DNA of 64,000 bases from Amoebidium appalachense (taxonomy: Eukaryota; Protista; Ichthyosporea): assembly GCA_963693365.1 (NCBI GenBank), contig CAVNZM010000012.1, positions 8,002,001 through 8,066,000 on the forward strand, in the 5' to 3' direction. Below are positions 1 to 60,515 of the stretch, in pieces; the first letter of the stretch is position 1, and each line of letters starts with the position of its first letter. The translations under genes and the position numbers were made by a program. Below the pieces are notes generated by a model. The model did no database searches and had not been told where the DNA came from. It saw only the letters and a list, made by a program, of their open reading frames with translations.

Positions 1-41
1 TAATGTGTGCGTGAATACCTCCCTGCCTGCCCGCTTGCCTG

Positions 42-103
<62 letters not shown>

Positions 104-232
104 GTGTGTGGTTGGATTGGGGTGGGGGGGGGGGGGGGGGGGGGGGGGCAGGGGGTGTATTTTAGGTTACACAAAAACAATCTGTACACATCTTTCAAAC
201 CAGAACCACATTTTTCTAATTTGGTTCTCACC

Positions 233-266
<34 letters not shown>

Positions 267-285
267 ACTCCCCCCCGCTCTGCAG

Positions 286-29268
<28,983 letters not shown>

Positions 29269-29508
29269 TCATGTGATTAAACACGTGTTAGAGAAATTTT
29301 ACTAGTCGAATTTATGGTTTTTCGCCTTTTGTTTTTATACATATTTTTCTTTTTTAGCAGTAAGTAGACGGCTTTTTTGTCATGCTCAAACACGCGTGTT
29401 CGTGTAATATTGTCTTTGGGGGGGCATTTATGACGTTTTCTTTTTCTGCCTGTGCTCAGGGGGTTTTTTTTTTCTTTTTTTTTTTTTTTTTTTTTTGGAA
29501 GGGGAGGG

Positions 29509-29539
<31 letters not shown>

Positions 29540-30281
29540 TATGTAGGTGTGAGTATTGGCCTGTGCATGAGGCAGGTTTGGTGAATTTGTATTTGAATTT
29601 TGAATTTTGGAATTTATTTTCATAGACGCCGTCTCACCTCAAGAAGGTTTTGGCAGTTGCAGCAAGTATATCACGAATGATGTCCCTATATCTTCCTAAA
29701 CCTTTTCTAAGATGTTGCACAGTTTTTTTTTGTTTTGTTTTGTTTTTTTTTGTTTTTTTTTTCCCGCCTTACGGTGTTGCTGCAGGATGATTGAAGGACC
29801 CCTCTAGGGTTTTGTTTGCGTAAATGTTGTGTGCAATCATATACGTACTGGAATTAGAAATTGCAACACCAGACAAGATAAGTCATCAACAATGTGGCTC
29901 ATTGTTAGAAACGAGAAATACAATGGTCATTTCATATTTGAACACCCATAAATCGCTTGAGCACTAGTAATGCATTCCTGTTGACGTGCGAGCATAGGTG
30001 CCGCATGTTTCCGATCAGACGTTTACTGTGGGTGGTTACGCACAGACGCACATGGCCAATGAATGACTGGATATAAATGTCCCCTCGTATACATATGTAT
30101 GTGTGTTTCATGATATGAATGGAAACAACAATAAAGACTATACATAGACCCCTACAGATGCATCCATGTCACTAATGTTAGATCGAAAATCCTCTTGGAA
30201 TCCCCCCCCCCCCCCCCTCCCCCCTCTTCATCAAGACACCACGCACCACCTCACCACCACCACCACCACCACGACCCTCAC

Positions 30282-30352
<71 letters not shown>

Positions 30353-30682
30353 CATGCACGTACATGCGTGTACATACGTGCAAACCAGCAAACAATTCCT
30401 CTGCTCCAAGCCTTGCTGTGCTCAACAATACGAATTGATTTATTCTATGCATAGATCCGGAAACACATACGCATCCCGCACATGTACACTTATTATAGCA
30501 AACACCCAAGCACGTACGTTAGCTACATGAGATTATTAGATTCGATTATTCAACTATTATTCTTAGACTACTATTACATCATTACTATTATTAGACTACA
30601 CAATGTATTTAGTGTATACACATACACACACGTGTGCGCGCGCACACACACACAGACCAGCTGGTTTCGAGTGTCCCTGCCC

Positions 30683-30780
<98 letters not shown>

Positions 30781-30858
30781 ACACACACACACAGAAAAAA
30801 AAAATTGGGGGGGGGAGGAGGGGAGGGGGGGGGACCCAACTCCTGGCTAAAATTTTAA

Positions 30859-30920
30859 GGAGACTCAGGGGATGATTTTAGTTAAAAATTGGGGGTGCGC
30901 AACGGATCGAGATCGACCAA
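30859..30920. mobile_element. Truncated 5' end of the same TTAA-flanked element as 14372-14910
   Basis: GGAGACTCAGGGG..ATTTTAGTTAAAAATTGGGGGTGCGCAACGGATC.AGATCGACCAA shared with 14372-14433. Confidence 0.75.
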
Positions 30921-30924
30921 ATTC

Positions 30925-31915
30925 TTTTCTTTTGACTGGATTTATTCGACGGAAAGATATGCAAGTATGCACGGCATACTGAGAAGACAATAAAAACTTC
31001 ACGAGTTATCCAGTAACAAGTGCATACTGAGATACCTGAACACTGTGTGAAAATTCATATAAATATTAATACTCAATGTGACGACCAACAGAATTCAACA
31101 AAACGTCTAAAGTGTTCACATTGCCAGCCAGTGTAGCAGACACCCGTAGGGAAAAAGGTAAAACACGACATAAAGACTCACACCTATCAACATGCTTTCG
31201 ATTAAAAAGTTCAGCACAAAAGTGGCACCAGCGGCGATGGAAACAAAAATTACAATGCCACTGCACAACTTCCCAGGCAATATCAACATCAGAGCACCAT
31301 ACAGACTTATCTACTATTGTAGGGTGGTATCCATACGTACAGCAGGAGAAATATATCCTGCCAAAGCTCCCAAAAAGCGATAATGATCAGTACGGTGTTG
31401 CCTAAGGAACATAACCCATGCCGACTGAGTTTTGCCTTTGATTTCTCTATCAGAACGAGAAAGAAACTTTTATACTGAGTATGGTAATAACGCGTCGAAA
31501 AGGCAGAAAAAACAGGAAGAGAAAAGAAAAAGGGAGTGAGATTCCAGTGAGCCAGTCTTCAATGCAGGGCCGGCAGAACACACACTCACAGCTTCGCGCC
31601 ATGCAGCGGTTCTCCTTGCTGGGCACCTCTGTGCAGATGGAACAAATGTAGTCCTTGGCGGATGTAGTGCTACCGGGCAGAAACCGTGGAAGCTCAAGCC
31701 TCTCCATGGTGGTAGATTTCTTGACTCTCCTTTTACAACTTTTTCTTCGTCTCCGTCTGTCTGCTGAGCAAAAAACCAGGTCTTTGTAAAGAAGGGGGCC
31801 TCTTTTGTTGTATGAATATTTTTTCTTTTGACTGGATTTATTCGACGGAAAGATATGCAAGTATGCACGGCATACTGAGAAGACAATAAAAACTTCACGA
31901 GTTATCCAGTAACAA
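30925..31915. repeat. Pair of identical 95-bp direct repeats (30925-31019 and 31821-31915)
   Basis: TTTTCTTTTGACTGGATTTATTCGACGG...CACGAGTTATCCAGTAACAA is present twice with no mismatch seen. Confidence 0.93.
31450..31707 (-). pseudogene. RING-finger (TRAF-like N-terminal) first exon, apparently truncated
   Basis: MERLELPRFLPGSTTSAKDYICSICTEVP..CMARSCECVFCRPCIEDWLT has six of eight RING ligands (CxxC..CxC..CxxC..W). It then runs into pyrimidine-rich, intron-like sequence starting GAATCT rather than GT. No downstream CPxC exon was found. Confidence 0.55.
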
Positions 31916-32438
31916 TATTAATAGTGATCACGTAAGGGAGGCAGTAGAATAGGGGGGTTTATGCACTTTGTATTGCTGCGGACATCGTCAGGGGCCCAGA
32001 CTCACTTGACGGCCTACTGCGTTTTCCAGCGCAGCCAATCAAATGCAGCTAGTGACTTATGTGTGTACACTGTATGCAATAAAACAACCCTGGTATAGAT
32101 TATGGATAAGCAGAAGCTAGCATTGGTAGCTCCGAGAGAAAGTTAAGACACCGAATCACAATATCATACTGTGCAGCTGTAGAATAGGTCGTTATTCAAG
32201 TGGTCGCGATCGAGTGTGGCACAGCCTCTGCCTTTGGATCTGTGCCACACATCGGACCAATCGAACATCAGATACGTAATCATTCTGATCCGCGCGCCGA
32301 CTCCCCGAGTCCGATCGTGGTCGAGAGTGGCACAGCCTCTGCCACTCTTGAATGTATATCCGAGTATTCCTAACAATTTCTTCGATGTACGAGATGAATC
32401 AGGCTATATATATGTAAATATATATGAATATATATGGA

Positions 32439-32475
<37 letters not shown>

Positions 32476-33116
32476 GTATGGTGTAAATATATACGAATAT
32501 ATATGAATATATACGAATATATATAAATATATGCAACTTGCGGGTGATCCCTCCCTGTGCATATGTCAACATGTGCATGCGCATGCATGCATGCTTGACC
32601 AGTTTTTTTAACTTTTTTATCATACCACCCAATCAGACCTCAAGAAAAAGCGCGCCAAAATGTGATATATTTCACTCATATTTCATACAGAGGAATAAAC
32701 AAAAGCTTTCTGTTTCTTCTTCTTCTTCCTTTCTTCTCATTTTCACCCCCTTTTTTTTTTTTTGTGTGTGTGTGTGTGTGTGGTTGTGGCTGGCTTTCAA
32801 ACTTGAGGGAACAAACAAAAGACAAGAGACTTCGATAGAAGTACCTTCCAAAAAAGGTAATCACGCCATCCGAAAGCTTTGACTGAGGATCACTCTGAGT
32901 CACAATTGCAAAGTTCACAGCCATGTTCTAGCCGTGCAATGTCACGAATGTACTAAATAACCGTGCCATGTTTAGTGGATTGTAATAAACAACCGAGTCA
33001 TAAGATAGCATAGCCCGCTCCACATCAACCCTCTTCTCCATCACATATTCAAGTTCTCCGTTCACCTTTATCTCCCCCCCCCCCCCCCCCCCCAAAGCCC
33101 CAGTGACCCCACCTCC

Positions 33117-33148
<32 letters not shown>

Positions 33149-33272
33149 ATTTCCTCCCTGCTCCAACGCCCACCCTTACCCGCAACCTCCCGCTCCCTTT
33201 GTCTCTCTCTTCCTACCTACTCCAGTTGTAGCCTAGCAGCAAAAACATATCTTTCCCAGCCCATTTTCTTGC

Positions 33273-47186
<13,914 letters not shown>

Positions 47187-47304
47187 CTATTTAAAGACCC
47201 CCCCCCCCCCCCCCCCCCCCCTCTCCTCCCCTTCTTTCCACCCCACCACCACCACCACCAACTCCTCCTCCCCCCCCCCCCCCTTTCCCCCCCCAACAAA
47301 CACA

Positions 47305-47405
<101 letters not shown>

Positions 47406-47898
47406 CCCCTCTTTTTTGGTCACAGGGGGTTCTATGCAACCCAGATTTTTTGGTTTTTGCTTCTTGTTAATTGGTTAAAGAGTTTCTTTCTATTACGCAT
47501 TATTTTTAAATTATAATCCAGCTACTAGGAGTAGTTTTAACTAAAAAATATCATTCCAGAAAGATAGTCTCTATTTAATAGAAGCAGTGTGAGCTTCTAC
47601 GAAGCAGCGAGCAGATAATGACGCTCAAATGTTGCGTTAACCTCATCCTTAGTGTTCTATAAGCTATGGAATGTGATGGGGATGTTTACTGTTATGTAAC
47701 TAAGTTGACAAACCCTGTAGTTGTGTTTTTTAAGGCATGCATATCGAAGTTTTAGGATGAATCTATGTACGATTTAATATGCTTTAATTCATTGAAGTTG
47801 TGGGATCTATGTACGGTTAGTTCAAGTTGTGATATGTAAAAGTTGTTGGATACGATCAGGTAAAAGTTGTGGGTGTGCTTAGAGATGCGCGATACATA

Positions 47899-47952
47899 TT
47901 AACCACGGGCACGAAAACCGTGGACACTGAAGGTGTGAGTGCACGCGCATGC

Positions 47953-47992
<40 letters not shown>

Positions 47993-48159
47993 ACACACGC
48001 GTCCTCCCGCACTCTATGTTCCCATATATTCAAGATCAATAGAGTTGCGTCCAGGGTTTCACCCGGGAACGAAAAAGAAGGGTATTGAATTTGCAAATGG
48101 TGGGCCCCCAGGGTGGCCTATGAAGAACGAAAGGCCGAGATATTCGCGGTGGGAGTAGC

Positions 48160-48202
<43 letters not shown>

Positions 48203-50263
48203 TGGTGGTACCGGTGGTGCACGTGTTGGTGGTGGGGATGGCTGTGGGGGTGGGTGGGGGTGGTGGTGTGTACATGGTGGTGTGTGTGCGCGTGTGTGTG
48301 CGTGTGTGTGTGTGGGGGGGGGGGGGGGGGGGGGGAGTTACTGAGGGTTAGTTCCTTAATATAGTAATAAGTAATACGAACCGAATTCAGATGAAAGAAG
48401 AAGAACCCCGTATTTGTTCATGATTACTTACTGTAGTCTACCGCCTGTAATTTTTTCTTGTACAAGGCAGCTACAGATATGCAGCCTGGTGGGTTGTTGG
48501 ATGAATAACCTTGCATGTATGACGTCATTTATTATGTGTACACATGTTCAATTACAGGTCTGGCAATTGCAACGTAATAAACAGCACATGATATGGCATC
48601 TGATATGCCAACGGCCTGGGACTGTTGCATGTGGTGCGCCATGTGTAGGGGCATGTAAATCTATCCCAAAACTTCCCTATCTATCCCAATGCACTATCCT
48701 AGATCTATCTCAAAACGACCTGATTATCATAGATCATATCCCGGATAATCCCCTAACATGTGCCTAAATACCCCGACGATCTATCCTGAAGGGCCTTATC
48801 TATCCCGAAAAATATCATTTCTCTCCCAGGAATGCCTCATTATCTCCGCCTAATATCCCAGTATGTAGTTATATGTACTAGGTATACACATCCATTAGGT
48901 GGGGCCCTTGTTCTAGGGCACCTCAACACCGTGTAATACTATATCAAGCCCCATGTCTGCGCGTGTATGGGTACCGTCGTCACACTCACAGTTTCAATAA
49001 TTTGCATTTTTGAAGCGTGCAATTTGGCCAGGGGGGCTCGGGGCCTAGGCCTGGGCGCCGCCGGCTATTGTATGGCCCACGCAAGCCCTGCACATACCTT
49101 CCATGGCACTAATGATGAGTATAAGCTTACTAGGCCTTCTTATTGGTAATCTGCCCTCGCCTGTAATTATATATAATCCTTGCTTCATGTGGTATTGTCC
49201 AACATTTTGCGTTGATTATAAAATGGCATAGTATAGTAGGCTGGCGGCGCGGCGTATATATACAGGGGGCTTTTAGGCGAAAATATAATTTCTCCACATA
49301 AATATTTGAAAACCATCAACCCGTAACTGAATGTTGGGTATAGCATCCCTATCATCCCTGGGGACTAAATACTGAATATTGATTGGCAGTTCATCATTTT
49401 GGCGCGCATGTGACTACCAAATATGTATACAAATAAGTACCTCATGACCCCCGGATTCGCCGACCTATCCCAGACCCTCCTCAAACAGGATATATCCACC
49501 CCACCTGGATAGATCGTCTATCTGGGGTCCCCCTAAATATCATTTAGATCTATCCCAAAATTGCCTGAATATCCCGGATATATCACGTATCCCGAGGCCC
49601 CCAATCTATCCCAAAATTCTCCGGGATTAATTTACATGGCCATGTGTAGCTTTTGTTTAAATTTAATTTAAAAAAAAACAAAAAAAAACAAAAAAAAAAA
49701 GATGCAACTGCAGGACTACTCACTATAACCGTGCCGTTCAAGTTTCCTTCGGACTTTGTTTGACACGTGTAGTGTTCACCAACACTCACGTGCCTGATAC
49801 CGTTTCTATGCCGGGCAGTGACGCAATTCATCGAATAATGTCCTGATGACTGGCGGCAAGGCGGCGTAGAGCCGCGCCAGCCAATTGGTGAAGCCGCATC
49901 TCAGAGTCTGCATCGTGAATTCTCCCTACACTGGTTTTGGACCCCCGTAGTTGTTTATGACATGCAAGGACAAGCTTGCCTAATAGTTTACAGAGTGGAA
50001 TTGAAAATACAAAGAAACCCATCTCCGGGAAAACAGATGTTTAGGTATATCATTGGAAATAAATTGAGGAAGCCTGTTCTCCTAGTGATAGCCTCTTTGT
50101 TAGTAAAGAAGGCAGTATGTGTGCGCAGTAGGAAAGGTACACTGGGAGGCTTATCACGCCGTCGTGCGATTTGAAATTTCTGCAGGATTCGAATCTCGAG
50201 ATTCGAATAATATTCGAAGTCGTGTAACAAGTCGGAATGAGCTTCCAATTCGATGACATCCAA
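47899..50263 (-). CDS. Possible small spliced gene or pseudogene of unknown function
   Basis: Phase-compatible minus-strand exons: one ending at 49724 (GTGAGT donor; ..HYTCQTKSEGNLNGTVI), 48117-47999 (TTCTTCATAG acceptor; ATLGAHHLQIQYPSF..WEHRVRED) and 47926-47899 (AVHGFRARG*). A further acceptor lies at 50263. The 5' structure is unresolved and no domain was recognised. Confidence 0.3.
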
Positions 50264-50472
50264 CTGTAGATAGACAAATGTGTTACATAGCTTCTACCCT
50301 TAGTGCTTTTATATTATGATGCATGTACAAATAGTTGGATATAAAAAATCATTACGCAATACTCTCGCTTCTCCTTCTTTCCTTACTGATGAATTCAAGA
50401 ATTTCACCCGTGGGGTGCCAGGCTAAAAAATACAGCTAGGGTGACACACTGCGGTTCGTAGTTCTTTCGTAG

Positions 50473-51303
50473 CCAATCAAGAATAAGCACAACAGTGCGA
50501 AGGAGCGATGTAATTGGCTTCAAGAATATACCACAAAAACCATTAAAACGCTAAAGGTAGAAGAAGCGATATATCTTCTACAAGTCTTACACGAACATAT
50601 AGATTCCCTGCTTTGGTGATATTTATGCTTCAATCTGAAAGGGTTTTTGTTCTACTCTCCTTTCGACAAACTAAGAGTGACTTATTATACATACTATTGT
50701 TGCCGTAGTGCGATAGGATTTGAGAAATGGATTAGACCAATCACATGCGATTCTAAACTTCTACCAATCAGTGAGGTAGATCCGAATACTTGCAATAAGC
50801 CTTGGGAACAGGAAAATTTACGCTCTTTGTTAAGAAAGTGATACTCAAAGAAAGTAATAAATTTTACTAACCTATTGATTTAGCATTGCAAAGTTTGTTG
50901 ATTATCTTATGTTATTTTGGTTGGCGGCTTGGTTCAAAGTTTGAAACCGGATAGTTTGGAAGGACGTCCCAGAACCGGTTTTGTATTGGTTAAATATCAT
51001 GTTGCTGCCAGTGCCGTTCGTGTCCAAGCCAGTGTTACAATGTAGTACAGAAAGGACTCAGTTCTGTGCACCCAGCGCAGAGCTTTGTGTGAGCGAGAGG
51101 GCGTAGAAATCTGATGTTCCTTGTGTAAATAAGTAGACAACGAAGGAACATATGAAACGGGCACGGATTATAAATATCATAGCGGTGCTGATATGCGCAG
51201 TGCAATGTTAAAGGCTTATCTATAAACTTAATGTATATTTTCGTTAGCCCAGAATCAGCGAATCCCGACTGTAGATAGGAAGTTATTGGGGTTCTTGCCC
51301 AAT
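50473..51303. promoter_or_regulatory. Microsatellite-free region with clustered CCAAT boxes, putative (bidirectional) promoter
   Basis: CCAAT/ATTGG at 50473, 50513, 50737, 50764, 50984 and 51299, directly upstream of the glycosyltransferase ATG at 51381. Confidence 0.45.
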
Positions 51304-51380
51304 CAACGTTTGTAGAGTGCACAAAATAGAACGTAGAATAAGGTCATACTGTGCGCTTTAGCGCTGTTTTATGTTGTGCT

Positions 51381-55968
<4,588 letters not shown>

Positions 55969-56846
55969 ATTCGGTGTGCAAATTGAATTTACGGCCGATT
56001 TCGGACAGGTACATCTGTGTGCAGGCGCACGCATGATCTCTACCTCCGGATATGGTGAAACCCCTTCACTTCACACCCCCGGCACATAATACACACCCAT
56101 TGGCTGCAAGTCATGGTGCGTGTTCGTGTAAAGAACAACACACACACACACAGTTGTATACACGATGCTCAGGAGTACATGTATATACAGTATATCACCA
56201 GCACCTGTAAACCTATCGTGGCAGCACAGTATATATTGTTCTGTTTGTAACTACAATATCAAAAGCGTGTTAGAAAGGGTGAGAAAGTATTGCCATAATT
56301 TTGCACACTTTGGTTGGGGATTCTTAAGAATGATCAAATGCATCCGTTTTTCACTGTATAGACGATGTATCATGACTATATCAATCGGTTTTTTTCAGGC
56401 TCGATTCTTTTTGTATTTTTTCCGAATTTCCTCGGATTTTTAGTACTTTTATTTATGTGTAAAAAGGATCGTCCCTGTGTTACCATAGCCTCAATGATGC
56501 AAATATTTCTGTAATCGGTATTTCCCCTGTATGTCGTGGCAATACTGTTGGTATGTACATAGACATTTTTTGGTGAAGGTGAGTTACCTTGAGTAAAGTG
56601 TGAGCTCACATATCCCTTGCGCCTGTGCGGACTTATTGATGAGGTTCAATAGTACTCGCTCCATCTCTCTCTCTTTCTCTCTCTCTCTACCCCCCTCTCC
56701 CCTCCCCCCCCTCCTCCTCCTCCTCCTCCTCCTCTTCCCACAGTCACAGAAACACCAACACAGTGTTTGCATTCATGATCCTTCTTCATCCTCCCCCTCC
56801 GAAGCTTCGCTGTTGTAATTGCCCATGAACGTTAAGTGGGTTCAGG

Positions 56847-56882
<36 letters not shown>

Positions 56883-57909
56883 GCGCCCCCCGGAGCAACA
56901 CACGAGCTCCGTCTCCACATGTACACACACAAGCACACCCTCTTTTTGTGGTCTGCTGCTCGCATGCAACTGCAAATAAACCGATCACCTATTAGTAGTG
57001 TGTCCTAGGCCTCCCTGTTTGTGTGCCTTAGGCCTAGGCTAGATCATTGCGGCACGTGCACATACGTGTCCCCCCCTTCCCCCCCTCCCCCCCCCCAAAA
57101 AATAAAAAAATAAAAAAATAGGGAAAAGGATTAAAAAAGAAAGAAAAAAAAGAGAAAAAAATCCGTGATACGATCTACCAGTACTATGTGAGGCGCGGAG
57201 CACAATCCCTGGGGAAAATGTGTGCCAAAAAGTAGTTAGGTTCATTTAAAATTTTAAAAGGTTTCAGCTATCATGTTTAACCGACCACTATTAAAAAGGT
57301 TACAGTCGGTGTGTAGAGGAAGACCGTACTGCATGAGGAGCCCCTAAGGGACAAAACGAGACAAAAGAAATGAAAATGATTAGTATACTACTGCTGTCCT
57401 ATACCATTGTGATCATGATCCATGGTGATTATCTTGCCCACGTACAATATCTAGCTTGCATGGAGGGAGCGGCCAGTATGTAAAGTGCGATTATCCCACA
57501 TTCTACTCCCCCTCCGACCCCTCCCCCTACCGCCTGCCTCCCCAGGATCGCGATTGAGCCCTCCTCCCGAACCCCCAAAACTCAACTCCGTGTCGAATTG
57601 TTATACTGTATATGCACTGAATGAATCGCCCTAAAACACGTATACACACACACGTGCACACACCGGGGTTGTTTGTTTACATGTGTGAATAGGTCGAAAA
57701 TCGGGTATTATGTACAATGGATAATAGTATATTACTTAACTTGGGCACCCCAGGAGGATGGGCTCTATCTATTTAAACATACTCTTTGTCAATATGTAAG
57801 TTCTCTTTGCCAAGTAGTTTGCTTTCTGCACTGTTTTGTCCATACGTGACGGTATGCCTTGTACAGCCTATGATAGCACTTCGTGCTCATAACACATTTA
57901 ATCTAGTAG

Positions 57910-57942
<33 letters not shown>

Positions 57943-58269
57943 TTCCTCCAGCCACCCCAGCGCTTGAAGGATGGGTTTTACTACATAGTGCAGGCTATTA
58001 GAGCTTGCGCAAGCAAGCCTATAATACTGTGCAAGATCACCTCTGCATTGTGTTGCATGTATTGAGTGTGTGCTCGGAATTTTTCTAGATAACACATTTC
58101 AACTGATTACTAAGATTTCAACCCGAATCCCCCCTTTCCGTTCTACCATGTAAGTTAAACTTTTCTGGAGGCTTCGAAAAACTTAAAACCGTCTCCTGAC
58201 CATTGGAGCTTCGAAAATATCCAAATCTATAAAATTCCGTTGCCAAATCGTTCCAAGCCCCCCCTTCTA

Positions 58270-58308
<39 letters not shown>

Positions 58309-58822
58309 ACTCTTCCCCCTCGCCCACCCTCCTCCCCCCGGCTGCCTCCCCTGTCGCGGGGTCTCTATACCTTCCAACCTCCCACCCCCCCCACCCCCCC
58401 CCCCCCCCTCCTCCCCCTCCCCCCCCCCCCCCCCCCCCCCCCCGGCCCCACTCCCCCCCACCCCATCTAGACCCCACAGCTCTGCCCGCCAAAACCACGC
58501 TCACGTGCTCTGAAACGTATTGTAGACCAACCCCCCCCCCTCCCCTCCCCCCGTCCCCTCCCCCCCTCCCCCACCCACCCCACCCCCCAACACACAGTCT
58601 TGTCACGATGACCCCCTAGGCCTTAATTTGGCATACATATACAAATAGAACATCCCCAACTCACCAGTTTTATATTACGTTTATTTCTCCGTTCACATAT
58701 TATCGTGACTTCCGGATCCTGCGCTTTTGCCTCGTGGTGGATCTATCAGTAAAGGAAATAGCCCCCATCATCATTGGGGAGCACATCTTATGTGGGGCAG
58801 AATCCTCCCCCCTCCCCCCCCC

Positions 58823-58853
<31 letters not shown>

Positions 58854-59266
58854 ACCACCACCCACCCACCCACCGCCCCTCCTCACCACTCCCCCTTTTT
58901 AAATTATGGCATATGATCCTCCCTCCCCCCCCCCCCCCCCCCCCTCCCCGCCACAAACACAACACACACGCATAAACACACACACACCGTGGCACACACA
59001 CACACACACTGTGTGAGATACTTTGAACTTGAAATGGGGGGGAGGGGGGGGAGTAGTAAATATTGACGTCTCTCCTAGTGGTACCCCCTTCCCCCCCCAG
59101 GGTACCCACCCTTTCCAGGAAATGGGTACCTCCCCCCCCCCCCCCCCCCCCCCCCTCCCCCCTCTCCCCCCTCCCCCCGAGGCCCCCCTCCCCTTCCCCC
59201 GCGGTTGTGCGCAATAATGGCTAGAGTCTCTTTTCCACCCACCAAAGGTTGTATTCGTTACTTTTG

Positions 59267-59299
<33 letters not shown>

Positions 59300-59355
59300 G
59301 TTTTTTCCCCCTTTTTCTTTTGGAGGAATTGCTTCAGTTTTGGTTACGTATGCAT

Positions 59356-59392
<37 letters not shown>

Positions 59393-59484
59393 AATACACA
59401 CACACGCCACACGCACACACACGCGCGCGCGCGCGCACACACACACACACACACACGCACACACACACACACACAACTTGAACA

Positions 59485-59531
<47 letters not shown>

Positions 59532-59818
59532 CCCACCCCCCCGTGCGAGTGCTCTTCTTCTGCCGGATGCATACTCGAGCTCTTTGTGTTAGTTGCAAGG
59601 TCTGCTTTGTGTTGTCTGCGGCAAATGTGCACTATAGGCTTTATAACATTAGTGACAATCCCCCCCCCCCCCCCCCCCCCCCCACCCGCCGGCCCTCCGG
59701 CCCTCCCTCACCCTGTTCATTTACATTTTTGCGAGCAAATGCACGTGCACACACGTGCGCGCGCACACACACATGTGCACGTGCACACACACACACACAC
59801 ACACACAAACCGCCTACA

Positions 59819-59855
<37 letters not shown>

Positions 59856-60316
59856 ACACACACGCACACACACATGCACACACACACAACACACGTACAC
59901 ACACACACACACGTAACGGTCAACTATTTCTAACTTATGAATTATTGGGGCCAAGGTTATCGTGCTCACCATCACAGTGCAGTGCCGTGCGTGTATCTGG
60001 CAGGGAATGTATGCATGTGTGTGTGGTGTGGGTGATTGTATCTGCATGTTCATGCATATGTCGGGTGCCCATCGCTGGTCAAAGTTTCTGCACCTCGTGT
60101 GTGTGTGTGGTACATGCGTGTGCAGGTGCATGTGAAAGTGTGTGTGTATGTGTGCGAGTGCGGTGGGGCGACTGGAGACGAGTGCGAGGGGATGGGGGGG
60201 GAGCACGGTGGGGGGGTGGGGGGGGGGGGGGGGGGGAGGTTCGAACTACCCACCGGTTTCCCCCTGCTAGCCGCAGGGGTGGGTGGGTCCTCCCCCCCCC
60301 CCCCCATTCCTCCCCC

Positions 60317-60370
<54 letters not shown>

Positions 60371-60472
60371 ACTGCCAGCACCAGGCCAACATGTACAGTA
60401 CTTCCACCCAACGGTTGCACAGAGCTTGATAGGTGTGATTAGCTTGGATTCCCCTCGCCCCTACTTGTACAA

Positions 60473-60515
<43 letters not shown>

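Noticed and set aside
32209-32344. Short direct repeat TCGAG.GTGGCACAGCCTCTGCC (two copies)
   Set aside because: Real but only ~23 bp, with no element boundaries or function inferable
49843-49895. SECIS-like hairpin ATGA-CTGGC..AA..GCCAG
   Set aside because: The helix is too short and there is no GA on the 3' side to form the non-Watson-Crick quartet
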